DNA of 63,845 nucleotides, the filler included, from Choristocarpus tenellus KU-1152 (lineage: Eukaryota; Protista; Phaeophyceae): assembly GCA_964200185.2 (NCBI GenBank). It is 9 parts of 9 records of this genome, joined end to end, with 100 filler letters (N's around TTAATTAATTAA, not from the genome) between each part and the next. Parts side by side here need not be neighbours in the genome. Positions count along the whole stretch, not along the records: positions 12,285 to 17,994 come from CAXNAD020009945.1; positions 18,095 to 29,609 come from CAXNAD020002280.1; 7 more parts are not named here. One strand, written 5' to 3'. The position numbers and the translations under genes were made by a program. The notes below the pieces were generated by a model. It was given only the letters and a program-made list of their open reading frames with translations, did not search any database and was not told the origin of the DNA. Each line of letters starts with the position of its first letter. Position 1 is the stretch's first letter. Below, piece by piece: positions 13,589 through 26,877 of the stretch.

Positions 13589-13777
13589 CGGTATAACTCA
13601 TGCCTTGTGATCGTCTAGTGTCTCTGCAGCCTGTGTGATGAGCTGTCTTCTCCTCTCCTTCAACTGTGGGTCCCCCTCTCTGTCAGACTGCGGCACCCCA
13701 TACACTAGAGGGTTTTTCCTCATCCGCACATGGAGGTATGTATAGGACAGCCACGTCACGCCCTTTCACACACGAGA

Positions 13778-13918
13778 ACAGAACAGAGAAGTTAATGAAA
13801 CGGAACAGAGAAGTTAATCAAACAGAACAGAGAAGTTAATCAAACGGAACAGAGAAGTTAATGAAACGGAACAGAGAAGTTAATCAAACAGAACAGAGAA
13901 GTTAATCAAACAGAACAA
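13778..13918. repeat. 22-bp minisatellite, ~6 copies
   Basis: GAACAGAGAAGTTAATSAAACR repeated. Confidence 0.85.
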
Positions 13919-15000
13919 CGGAGAAGGAGGGTCAGGGTATGGGGCTGAGGGGATCAGAGTGCAGTAAGAGACACGATCATTACTCCAATCTTGTGTGAAG
14001 GAACGAATGACTCTATATACAGGTTTTAGTATATATATATATGTATATAAATTTGTGAATAAAAAAGGGAACAAGCTTAGCAGGAAGGCCAATTCCACCT
14101 CTGGAGTATATACCGACTCCATACAAGTTATATATACAGTATATAAATTTGAGAATACAAAAAGAAACAAGCTTAGCAGGAAGTCAATCCCACCTCTAAG
14201 GTATATACCAAAATACGGATACGGAAGTACGTAAATATTGTTATTATTATGCCCTCTTGACATTCTGCAGATGTGTCAGGGGGGAAACCAATGAAAACTA
14301 TACATATGCATGTCGTTATTGGCCCTAAAGAAATAAAATATCCTAAACATAAGAACACTATAAAACATAATATACAAAGTATTTCTATATTCCGGCATAC
14401 TACAATGGTAGATATTTATTTAATATTGATATTATCTACAAAAACGTTTTCAATATTCTTAAGCAATATGAAACATGCATTCAATGTACTTTCAGGGTAT
14501 TTCTAAAACAACCGGAATTTAAAAAAAAAATGAATTAAAAAATTCGTAAGAAGAACATATCACTACTCTTCATACCCACTGAAATTTAAATCAAATTCAA
14601 AACAAGACGGTAAGAACAGGATTTAGATTTTATCATACAAATAAAATAATATCGAAAAAACATTGGTATTTTTATTGTTATGCCCTCTGACATTTTGCAG
14701 ATGTGTCTGTGGGGGAAAACCAATGGAAACTATACACATTTCATTATTTAACAATATCATTGTTGTTTAAAACTTTCTAAAATGCAGTACCGTTCTAACA
14801 AGCGTCAGTAGTACAAGCACCAAAATAAAAAATACTATAGATACCAGTGGGAACAGATGGTTACCTCATCAACAGTGGTGATCGTACCAGATGCAACCTC
14901 AGCATTGAGGTGATCGGGGAGTGCCTTGATGAAGGCACTCTCAATGGGAGTCTGCTTAGCAAGGAGTGCCAGGTACCTGTTCAAACAAGCACAAAGAGAG

Positions 15001-15042
<42 letters not shown>

Positions 15043-16063
15043 GAGAGGATTACTTCATGCTATATAAGGTTATCGCTCAAGGAAGCGTAACCTAACCCCG
15101 ACCTTTGTTTAAGCCCTTCCAGTGATGGAGGAAAATAAAGATGAAATTTGGATCAAGACGCCTCTTGAGGGTTGTACCTTTTTTTAAAAAGGGGATGGAG
15201 TTATGCGTACTGTTGAGAACAGGGTCGATATTAACTGATACAAGTTATTGATTGGTTGGAGGAAAACAAAGAAATCTATAAAAGAAGAGAAAGTGGAGAG
15301 AGATAGAGAGAGAAGAAGCGAGAAAAAAAAAGAGAGACAGAAATAGGGAAAGAAAATGGAGAAAGAGAACATGGAGAAAGAAGTGGACAGCGAAATATGA
15401 AAATTTAGAAGAGGAGGAAATAGATCAGGGAAATAGAGGAGTGTATAAGAGAGAGAAAAAAAAGGAGATAGAAATAGGGAAAGAGAAAGGAGAAAGAACA
15501 TGGAGAAAGAAGTGGACAACGAAACATGGGAAAGAGCGGAGAAGTAAATAGAACAAAGAAACAGAGAAATAATGAAAGCCAAAAGAGTGTAGAGTAGCAA
15601 ATATAGAAAATAAATAAGGGAAATATATATATAGTATTCTTATGTTGAGGACATTTTATATACACATATGTATATAGTTTTCATTGGTTTTCCCCTGACA
15701 CATCTGCAAAATGTCAGAGGGCATAATAATATAAATATATATATATTTCAAATATTCAAAGGAATCCAACGCAAAAATCCGTTTTTGGAATCGGAGGTCA
15801 CCCCGAAGAGGTACATGAACAAAGGAACATACATATCGGACAGAGGGAGTATAAATGTGCATTAGATAAGAGATAGAAGATTAATCAAAAAGGAAGAGAG
15901 GTGGAAAAGAAGTGCTTTGGAGGAACCTTAGTACAGTGCTGTTTACCAAAAAAAAGAAAAAATGAAATCGAGAAGAAAAGTATTGGTAAAAAAAAAAAGA
16001 AAAGAAAAGAGAATGCTCGAATAAGTGTTCCTATTTCTTTCTGACCTCATTAGTATGTCAATA

Positions 16064-16321
16064 GAGCCAAATTATCTTAGAGGGTAGGGCTGCGTCCATT
16101 TGGGGGCGAAAATCCAATGCTGTCATTTTGATGTAATTTTGGCTATTGTGTTTGTGAGGAAGTGTCAATATCCTCGTTCCGAATACACCTTTTCATAACG
16201 TATACATTTTACGTATTCCAAAACGTTTTTGGAGTAGGAAATGTCATAGAGAACCCATGGGAACCCAAGCCCCAAATGGACAAACAGGGCAAAACTCGTA
16301 CCCTCTAAGATACTTTCACTC
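16064..16321 (-). mobile_element. MITE family A copy
   Basis: Same TIRs; AATA on both flanks. Confidence 0.9.
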
Positions 16322-16429
16322 AATAGTAAAATGTTATTATGTACTATTACTATTATTATTATTGTTAGTAAAATTCTTGAGGTTCCACTTGTCAATGGAC
16401 TTTGTGTTTAGTGATCACGTGCAATATAT

Positions 16430-16576
16430 TGTTATTATTATTATTATTATTATTAATCTGTATTGTTAATTCTCTATATCTCACATGCAAAGGAATTTGT
16501 ATACGGTGATGATGCATTATTATTATTATTATTATTATTATTATCATTATTATTATTATTATTATCATTATTATTA

Positions 16577-16649
<73 letters not shown>

Positions 16650-16830
16650 CATTATTATTATTATTATTATTATTATCATTATTATTATTGTATGCGGTGA
16701 TAATGTATTGTATATTAATATTATTGTTGATCTGTATTATTAATTCTCTAGCTCTCACATGCAAAGGAATTTGTGTGTAGCGATCATGCATTATTATTAT
16801 TACTATTATTATTATTATTATTACTATTGT
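16430..16830. repeat. (ATT)n microsatellite region
   Basis: Long ATT/ATC trinucleotide runs. Confidence 0.95.
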
Positions 16831-16972
16831 ATTTTAATCTAGTGCTATTAATTCTCTAGCTCTCACTTGTCAAGGGATTTGTGTGTAGTGATCATGATGG
16901 CCTCTCCACTGTTATCGTACTGAGGACGACCAGCTCGCCCAAACACCTATCAAAACCAACAAAATACCAACA

Positions 16973-17013
<41 letters not shown>

Positions 17014-18370
17014 TATATATAGAGAGAGAGGGGGAAAAAAAAGAAGAAGGAATGAACAAAGATGAGACCGTAGCTTTCAATGAGAGCAGAAAATAAATAA
17101 ATAAATAACATCTTCGAAGAACTTCAAGTCATAAAAAATTAAAAAAATATCTTCCATCGAACTGCGCATTGCATGTTGATTTTTTTCAAATGGAAGCAAG
17201 GAACTGCAGAATAAAAAAAAGTGAATAAAGTGATAAGAAAATAAACAAACCGCATTCACCCACGAAACAATAGAAAAGCACCAGAAATGTTGTAAATAAT
17301 GTTGTGAAAAATGTAAAAAGAATAAAATAATTAGAAGCAAAAAATGTAAAAAAATGTAAATAAAGACATACGAAAATAAACAAATCATATTCACCCACGA
17401 GACAACAGAAAAGCAGCAGAAAAGTAAAAATATATAAAAAAATAAATAGAAAAAAACGTAAATGGACGGAGTCCTACGAAAATACCCAAACCGTATTCAC
17501 CCACCAAATAACAGAAGAGCAGAAAGTTGTTTTTCTTTAAATGTACAAAATAATAAAAATTAAAATTAAAATAAATGTATGAAATAAATAGAAAAAAATG
17601 TAAAAAAATTAAATATAAAATAAATAAAAGTAAATGCGACGCAGCCATACCAAAACGAAAGACAGTAACACGAGTACATTTTACGATGAATCTCTAAAAA
17701 ATATTGTTAAAAAAAGAGTTATAAAAAAATAAATAAATCAAAAATCACTTAAGAAAACTACAACAAAAAAATCGTAACCAAATTGTTTGAAATCTACTTC
17801 AATGAACATCTATACGTTACAGCAAGCACCTTCCAGCCTCGATATGAGATAAAAATTTCAACCCTAACCCTAACCCTGTCAATAGCCCTAAAACCCTAAC
17901 CTTAAGAACACCCATAGCCCTAACCTTATGAATAACCCTAACCCTGTCAGTAGCCCTAAAACCCCAACCTTATCAACACACCCATAGCCCTAACNNNNNN
18001 NNNNNNNNNNNNNNNNNNNNNNNNNNNNNNNNNNNNNNTTAATTAATTAANNNNNNNNNNNNNNNNNNNNNNNNNNNNNNNNNNNNNNNNNNNNCCCTCC
18101 GAGATACTTTGGGTCTGGTCAGAGTAACGGAATTGTGAACACATTAAATGTGGCAGAGGTACAACTTCTTTTGAATAACAACAATTGAATTTCCAAAGTT
18201 CTGACACTTCAGGAAACAGAGGACAAGGAACATGCACCTCATGTGATGTCATGGGAAGACCTTTTTTCTTCAAGATGTTCATATTCTACCCCTAATAACC
18301 CTACCCCACAAATGTGAGGCTGCTGTTCCTATGCCATGAGTGAGAGGCCTTCCAGAATCCTTGTCAATGT

Positions 18371-18632
18371 GAGCCAAACCAATTGAGAGGTAGGCAGGTT
18401 ATAACCCTTTTGCACTCTAAGCCATCTTTCTTACCCTGTGTAATGCACTCCATTTCATTGCTTTATGTGCACAAGAGTGTACGCAAAATCGATATTCCTC
18501 CTTTTTACATAAAAAGTGAAACCATACAATTCAGTAGAGCCTCTTTCTACAATTGTGCAAAATATAATATTTTTGCCGTTTCTCGGGATCCTTAAAATGC
18601 AACCCTGCCTATCTCTACATTTGGTTTGACTC
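18371..18632. mobile_element. MITE family B copy
   Basis: GAGCCAAACCAATTGAGAGGTAGGCAGG...CCTGCCTATCTCTACATTTGGTTTGACTC; similar to 60125-60342. Confidence 0.8.
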
Positions 18633-18931
18633 TCTCAACTATTCAGGACTAAAAAAGTGGCTTGTCTGTAGGAGGTACAATCGAGTGCACCCTGTCCAAA
18701 AGTACAACTGGCAATTTCAAAAAAACGTTGTCACCATTAATCTTCCAACCTACATTTACATTTCAGGTGTTTGTGCTTAGCAAGCAGTCCATTAGACAAA
18801 TTCAAATATAGAGCTTGATACAGCCAAAACGGCATGTCAAGAATGAAGGAAATATATGAACCAGTCCATTGTAGTCAGCTCTTATTTGCTTCAAGAGAAA
18901 GCAGGAGAGTTCCACTACTCCTTCACAGGTA

Positions 18932-19189
18932 GAGCCAAAGTATCTTAGAGGGTAGAGCCGCGTCCATTTTGGGGTCAAAATCCAATGTTGCGATTTCGAT
19001 GTAATTTTGGCTATCGTGTTTGTTAGGAAGTGCCAATATCCTTGTTCTGGACACAACCTTTCATAACATACACATTTTACCTGCTCTGAATTTTTTTCGA
19101 GTGAGAAAATGTCATACGAACCCCAACGGAAGCCAAGCCCCAAATGGACAAGCAGGGCAAAATTCGTACCCTCTAAGATACTTTCACTC
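18932..19189 (-). mobile_element. MITE family A copy
   Basis: Same TIRs; GTA on both flanks. Confidence 0.9.
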
Positions 19190-19599
19190 GTACGTGTGCA
19201 AGGAATGCAGTATGGTTGCTATGATACACCTCAGAGATTAAGATTCACCTTAAGCTCTTCAATTGTTCTGTGCATCCAAAGATCAGCAACTAGGGAAAGG
19301 TACTGTGCTTAGCAACTAACCTGGAACTAGTAGATGGCGTATTTTGCTCTAAATATTGTGGCTATGAGGGTGTAGTAGAATGAACATTGTAGCACAGAGG
19401 GCATGTTGAGATTTATGTGAACTATCCTGGCATCCTAGCCCTAGATTACATCACTACCAGTAGTTTGGCAGGATGATCGGGAAATCCATTTCAAGTAGCC
19501 ATTGGTAAGCATTGTGTCTGACTTGCAACGTACCCAAGAGTTCTTGGGGGTAGTTGTATTGTGTAGTCGTACCAAGGGCTATTTGCATTGGTTTTCCTT

Positions 19600-21000
19600 A
19601 AGCGGTAGCACCCTATAACTCCCAATGATTTGTTTGAATGGTAGTTTGCACTTGCAAAATACTTTCCTTTTTGGTATGGATGGCATGCTAACTTCGCCAG
19701 GAGCAACCTCTTTAAGGGGGTAGTTTCCTAGGCTGAAACCCGAAGCACAGACAATCCAGATAGCATCTTCATGGGCTAGGAGGAGCTTCCAACCATACAT
19801 GCCTGCGTTGGTAGTGGGTATAGCTTAAGGATTCTGCAACGCTGTCTGCACGCCAGAAGAGGAAGAAGAGGCGGAAACAAAGCTGCAACTAAACACAGCA
19901 TCCAACCCTGTCGTCCAAGAGATATACCAGGTTCCGAGGATTCGATGCTCTGATCATATCCCATATCTCGGTCGTAGGTCGAGCCTTGACATGCGCAGGG
20001 TCTGCCAAGCAACCAGGTGGAGGTGGGAGAGGTCAAAAGGTTTTGCTACCAGTACTTCTCCATTCAGGACTTCGTCGTACGAACACTCGATTATCACTCG
20101 GCTGTACATCTAGATCTCTACAGTAGACACCTGATTCTAGGTTCTCTCAACCTAAGCGATTCTGACGCCCCCACTGTGAGGCACGGTAGAAGCAAGGCCC
20201 CATCACAGCCAGGATTAAGAAGCGGCACCGGCCACGCCCGAGGTTTCTCGTCTTCATCACCAGTGTAGGAGAATGGGTCCAATCCCCCCTCAGCATAAGG
20301 GCCTGTCTCCCGTTGACCGTCTGCTTCTCTTGGATGGACCCTCCTCATATCTCTCCTGCCATGACCGAAAGAAGGTCAAGGTTCCGTTGTCTGTGGTATC
20401 CTCGTTCTAACACAGGGACTAAACTTGTAGTTAGACCTCCGAGATCTCAAGTGTGACTATACTGTTTCCGATCTCGTCCTTGAGAGTGTACGCATCATGA
20501 GGCATGATTGTTTGTCTTCGATATCTGACAGTTTCGCCCTTTTGATAGAGCGACGTCTGTTTGTTCGTGTACAGAAAAGATGGAACAATAACACACAGCA
20601 TATATGTTCTTGAAGTAAGGCAAAACTAGAGAAAGGAGCTGCCCTTTGAGAGGAGACACCCTTTCTAATACAGTTTTGAGGCTATGAGGCAAATGTATGG
20701 TTAAGTGATTACAGATTAGTGTTGAGAGAGGCAACCTTAGATCTCTGCTTTTCGGAGGTTTGTTGAAATGTCTGTCACTTGCAGGCCAGGTAGGGATCTC
20801 GAAAATGATAAGCCGTTTTGAAGTGAAGTTGGGCAGTGGGAAAAAACTTTGTGGAAATCTCCAATGAAAAAAGTTCAATCAATTCTATGTGTAGAAGCCC
20901 TGCAGACTACAGTTGTGGATTCCACACTCTGTTAAAGGCCCTCAACAAGGACAAGGTGAAACATAAAGAACACCCCTACACCGTTGACATCATCGTGTTT
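19600..21000 (+). pseudogene. Decayed SWIM zinc finger + Ulp1-like peptidase transposon ORF
   Basis: VCTCKILSFLVWMAC (~19645-19690); ANVWLSD (~20690-20710); DYSCGFHTLL (~20905-20935); many stops. Confidence 0.4.
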
Positions 21001-22019
21001 TTTTTACCGTTGGGTCCCCACACAACCCAAAGCACACCTCCAGAGCTGCTGAAGCTAAGACGTGAGTTGTCTGGACTCATTAGTTGGCTGGATTGCGGAC
21101 GGTGCCGTTCCAAGTTTGACTACTTCGAACGGGTCAAATTTCAATTTCCAACAAGTACACATTGAGAAGGCGACATGCCTGCGGATTGGGATCAAGCCTT
21201 GCATGCATAAAGCACAATGTGGCAATATTCACTGCAGCGATCTACTCTTAAGTAATACCGAGGAGAAGGGTATTTAATCCAAATGCACACCTCAAGGTGG
21301 AAGTGTTGGAGGTTGTAGGAAGCATTATACAACCCAACATCGTAGTCTGTCAAGGTGCATCGTGCAAAGCAATTTCTTTGGGGGACAGTAGTCCATGGAT
21401 AGGGAGCACTATCTACTTGCTGTATGTACTACTGCAACTTAGGGACAGGTGATGGCGATGTCATCGCCTGCTCAGGACGGAGGTCTGGTTGCTTTCACTC
21501 TCTAGGACCGAAGTAAGTTACAATGGTACTCCGTTTTTTTATAACGATGAATGAAGAAGTAATTGCTAGAATGAGGTAGGGTTATTTTCGCGCTTCTTGG
21601 CGTTACTTGGCGGTGTGTGTGTTACATGTATGTGCTTATCTTCAACGTTGTATGCAGATTTTTTTTGCCATACCAATGGTGCATCTATGTCTGCGTGTAG
21701 CATGTTGGACTATTACCACTGTACAAAGTGTAAGGACCCAATGTAAACGAGAGGTGACCATGTTTTGACCGTTTCACATTTTAAGCCGCTTTTCAATCTT
21801 TTACAATTCCCCCATAATTCTGTATGGGTGACGAGAGTCAAAGTACACTTGACCTAACCTTAGGGAAGTCGACAAAAAATTGACTTTTCTTACAAATGCG
21901 TATGGACTATTTTCTGAATTGCTTCAAAAAGGTTCGAAAAAAACTAGAGAAATCAACAATCTCAATTCAAAAATTACACTTCATCCAATGAAACAAGAAC
22001 ATGGGTGAATTGGAAATGA

Positions 22020-22500
22020 TTGAAAAACTGGATCGAAGTGCAAAACGCCCAAAACCTGGGTACCTCTCTTTCATTGCGAATCAGTACTAAGTTTGAATTG
22101 ATAGTATTGATTTCTCCATTATTGTTGCAACTTTTCCAGTCAGCACAAAAAATATCCCACATACATACTTACTTGTACAAAAAGTCGAATTTTGCACACA
22201 TTTTTCACCAACCTCAAAATGCAACTACGTCGTTTGCTTTGACTTGCCACACAAACTTGTGCAAACGATTGAGAAACTGCCTTAAAATGCAAAACGACCA
22301 AAATCTGAGTACCTCTCTCTCACTTGGGATAGGTACTAAGTTTGACTTGATAGTATTGATTTCTCCATTCATCGTTTGGAACTTTTCGACTCAATTCAGA
22401 AAATATCCACTAAGCATTTGCACAAAAAACCCCGAATTTTGCACATATTGTCAGCATCCTCAAAATGCAACATGCCGCTTAGTTGGTCTTGCCACACATT
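22020..22500. repeat. Tandem duplication of a ~250-bp unit, with a partial inverted copy at ~21750-21800
   Basis: TTGARAAACTG...GTACCTCTCT...GTACTAAGTTTGA.TTGATAGTATTGATTTCTCCATT occurs at ~22020 and ~22270. Confidence 0.75.
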
Positions 22501-23739
22501 ATCACAGAGTGGTACAGGTTTACGAATACAACATGGTCCCATCCACGGTCCTTAAAAGTGCAAATTAAATAGAGGGTTCAGGAACACAAAACACGGTTCT
22601 CAGATTGGGTCGCATTTCAACAAGCTCCCCCCCAGGGTGCATCAGAAATTCCAAATTTGTTCCCTCCCACAGAACTGAAAAACCGAACAAGCTTCAATTT
22701 CTAGGAGACCTCACTCTCTGTTTGAATGACTCACTCTGAATTCAAATTATGGATTGTAAACTACTCACCTTAGTAATAACCATGAAGGTATTACAATCCA
22801 GGTCCCTACCAGACAGCATAGAAACAAATCACATCATGGGCCAGCCATCCCCATGAAAAGTTAATTTTTTTTTGTTGGAGTAGGGGTAGAACTGACAATA
22901 GTTACAAATATCCAATTCCACGAGGTGAGGATGAATGGATTGTACGTAGTGCAACAATTTGTTAGAGTTCCTGGAATGAGAAGAAGTGCAGCAATGGAGT
23001 GTGTAGTCCCTTTGACATCAGGTTGCGATAGTCCCCATATTAAAGTGAAAAAAAAAAAAGATAACTGTTCAAATGACTACTTGAAAATATGGGAGAAGCC
23101 AATACACAGTGGTTGAGAATTGCAACATATGATAAAGAAAAGCAGGGAAAGAAGCGAAGATGAGGAGAAACTAGAGAGGAAAATGGAGGCGGTGTGCCTA
23201 TGACGGTACTGAACAGAAGCCACGTTGTGAGACAATTAGCATCCGCAAATCTCGTGTCACACCAGCTTTATCGAAGCCCCCAAACACTATTCATCACGCC
23301 TCATACAAAGGAAACAAAAGCGAAGGAAAACAAGAATGTAAGAACGGTAAGAATCAACCCCAAAAGAGAAATACCTACGTAGGTAGATATACCCACACCA
23401 ATCTTGTTTGAAGGTTTTCACAATTACGCGCCAAAAAATAAAACCCTTTTTATTTAATACACTGCATTTGATTTCACCCCCCCCAAAACGGGCGTGTGCG
23501 AACTTGAATACATATTACCTTCCCTATCATTCCCTACGTTCCACTATAGTTCTGAATCGCTTGGATCAGTAAAGAATGGATGGGATCAAGGGAATATACG
23601 ATTTGAGTAGTAGTGTGATAATGATAGTAAACAGTATATCTTCACTGAGCGGTGTTGTTGTATGGTTGAGAGGAATACAGGAAGTAAACGAATGAAAATA
23701 AACTGAAAGGAATTTAGAGGAGACTAGGAGATAAGGTTG

Positions 23740-26150
23740 TGTGATCTTTCCCAACCCGCAGTTAACCTCATAATTGCTCGCATGCTGGAGAGGAAGAGGG
23801 TAGGTGGAGGAAGTAACCCTTTTAATGGGGAGGATACTTTTGAAAATGAAAATTGCTAACATGTATTTTAGTGGAGTTATTGAATACGATTGAGTGACAG
23901 AAGACGTAGGAATTGGATAGGTGATTTCAGGATAAAGTTGCAGTGGGTTAGGTGGAACGATCCTAGTGATCCAGTGATGATCTGAGAAAGTGATTTTATC
24001 AAGGCCAGGCCATCATCACCGTGTGTGATGGGATCTTCCATCGAAATCTGGTTATGACACATACAATTCAATGTATTGAAATCCTGATCTGAAGCTGGAT
24101 CTTTTGGTGTATGTTTCGAGAGGAGTTAGAATTCCAACTAATACGCACGAAGAAATATTCCCGTTTTTGGGGGGAGTATACCACATATCAGTTTTGTCCA
24201 ATGAGTTGGCAATTACACCCATTTTGTATGGCGTTCACTTATTGGTTGTAACGTTGGTGTGACATTATTGCAATTAAAAAATGAATTATTCTCCATGATT
24301 TGGGGGAGTGTATGTGCATCGATTGTGTGAAATGGGTTGGCAATTGATGGTGTGGATTACTCCACATATTGGAACATTGCATTGATGATGAGATTTGAGT
24401 TGGATAGATGACCCTGAAGAAGTTTTTAGACGGAAGAGATGCTTCAAATCTGAGATGATCGAAGACCATCATTGTATTCCAAGAAAGTAGAAAGCCTTAA
24501 TAAAGTGTTTTGACAAGGTGAAGAGACAAGGTAAGGAAGGATTGGTTCGAAAGAGACGATGTTCAGATGATTACAGACTTGTTGGACATCAGAGATCTAG
24601 AGTTGAAGTAGTGGAGGAGAACAGAGAAGGATGAGAGGAAACACGATGCCATCAAGAACTTCATGAAGGAACGTGGAAATTTTCCTACTGAAGGAAAAGT
24701 GGTGAGGGTTAGTTGATTGTATAGATATCCAAGTAAGATGTATGGTTTGTTCCACGTTGTAGAATTTCTGTCTGTTGGACTATTTATTGAATGATGTCTA
24801 TCCATTTTTTCTACCATCATATTAACGAATGAATCATGCATCGAATATAATAACTATTGGTTGTTAATGAAATAATTAAGTGTATCGATTTTGAAAATTG
24901 AAGTTCTATTACTCGGAAGCAATAGTCAATATATAGATTATATCTTGTATCGGATCGGATCACGCGCGGTAAATTGTAAGTCTCTACAACCCGCACTATC
25001 GTTCCTGTCGTGCTCTTCGGTCTTTGGTGTCTTGAACAAGGCGTACCCCCTCCCTAACTGCGCATACACGCCAGGGAGTTGTCATGGTGTCCAGCCTGTG
25101 AAATTGGGCTGTTAGGGAAGACGGGAGTGCACCTGTCTGAAAGGTCACACATGCAAAGCTGATTTGGCGGGATCAATGTTCTGATTTAGGCCCAGAGCTT
25201 TGGGTTTTAGTCTAGGTTGGAGAGGAGTCCAGGGGTGGCCGCGATTCTTACTGGCTGGGCGTTGGTGGATTCGACTCACTAAGCTCGGATGGATGGAGGG
25301 GTCGAAATATCGGAAGAGGGAGTCAAAATGGAGAGGCAAAATTCAGCCGATAGTGTCCTCGCAGCAGAATCCTTAGAACAGAATGGACGTGCACGCAGGG
25401 ACGTCCCCAGGTCAGTTTTGTTTGGGTGTGACAATCGGCTTGACGTCTCCTGCTGGTGAGACGTATGGTATATGTTGGTCGGGTACCGGTCTCTCTGTCT
25501 CTTAAGAACGTGGTGTACTATCCCATTTCTCGTTAATGGCTGGAAATAGGATGGTGGACACTCCGCAAATTCCAACTCACCCAAGTGCATGTAGTAGCAT
25601 CGGAGGTGCCTGCAACGTAACCTACTTATAACATTATGCTAGTCTTCAACGGCCATCCGAAACAATGGTCACGTGCCACAATTTTTTTTACTCGTAGTCT
25701 CTCTTCAACCATAACAGAGCAACGCACCTTTTTCTCAAGGGCAAGTAGGTGGGCAGCAAGGCATATGAAGAACTTGATACCAATCGTTCGTTTGTGCTTT
25801 CCTCAAGTTTTGACCTGGGGTCCTGAACTGTAAGCATATTTAATCCTTGAATGTCTTGACTCTTTGAAGAACGAACCTGGCATAAGGGGTTTGTCCTCGA
25901 TTCCTCAGTATTAACATTTACATATTGGTGGTATGAAACGACTTCTCGCTGCCGTCTGATTTGCATTGTTGGATGCAATCCTGTAGCTCGGCACACCTAA
26001 CCTCACCCGCAACACTTAGCAGGTTACCCTCCCGTAAGTAGCATGTTGAAAGTATACACCATACCTCCATCCTTTTCCAACGATGATATCAAAGCCACGA
26101 CTTTCATCCAAAAATACAGTTTATACTTTGGGACAAGCTCTGGAGGAGTT
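23740..26150 (-). pseudogene. Decayed SWIM + Ulp1-like peptidase transposon ORF
   Basis: TPYARFVLQR...NLRKAQTNDWYQVLHMPCC (~25890-25750), then HLSNSNLIINAMFQYV, KWV*LPTHWTKL and PLQHASNYEVNCG (24415-23755). Confidence 0.45.
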
Positions 26151-26615
26151 TATGGCAATCGGTTATTGTGAGGAAAAGTGTCGTGTCCGAATGTAGAGCT
26201 TTTTGATGCCAGGGCAAGGGTTTGCACCAAACCTCCCCTAAAATGGTGTAGTGTAGTCTAGTATTTGTGGCGATCTGCACCATAGAGTTAGGGTTAGGGT
26301 TACGATTAGGATGTTTTTGTGATATTCTCCTAATGGTTGTGCCCTTTTTGACCCTCTAGAGTGTGACTTCGTTTTGGGCAGCACATACGTAAACGTCTGC
26401 ATGCGTGCGTATATATCCTGCATGAATGATGGAGAGTGTTTGATTAGTCTAGCTTTTAAGCACAGTAACCTCAAACCTAAGTGCTAACTTTCAAAGAAAC
26501 TATCATCACCACAGCGACAGGACAATTTGTACTTTCAATTTCATGATGCACTTCCAAAGGTGGATTTCAATCGTCGATTCGCTTGTCCGGGCAAGACCCT
26601 ATATATCCTGGTGGT

Positions 26616-26877
26616 GAGCCAAAGTAACCGACACGTACGCAGTTTTTTTTAACGTTTTGACTCCAAGTCACTTTTCTAATCATCGGTGATTTGCTCATAC
26701 ATCTATGGATGAGGTGCTCAAATTGATTTGAGAGTATTGAACTCTCTATAGTTTGAGAATTTTCTCCAGAATATAGAAAATTCCCTTACATATATTTGTA
26801 GGAGACGCCTAAATTTTCACTTATTTCTCAGTGTTCTTAATAATCCAACCCTGGGTATCTGTCGCTTACTTAAACTC
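26616..26877. mobile_element. MITE family C copy
   Basis: GAGCCAAAGTAACCGACACGTACGCAG...CTGGGTATCTGTCGCTTACTTAAACTC imperfect TIRs; no clear TSD. Confidence 0.6.

Noticed and set aside
16257-16469. Recurrent peptide GSQAPNGQTGQNSYPLRY in several ORFs
   Set aside because: Translation of the non-coding MITE A terminus
22020-22568. 182-aa ORF with an internal repeat
   Set aside because: Explained by the 250-bp DNA duplication; non-ATG start and no domain
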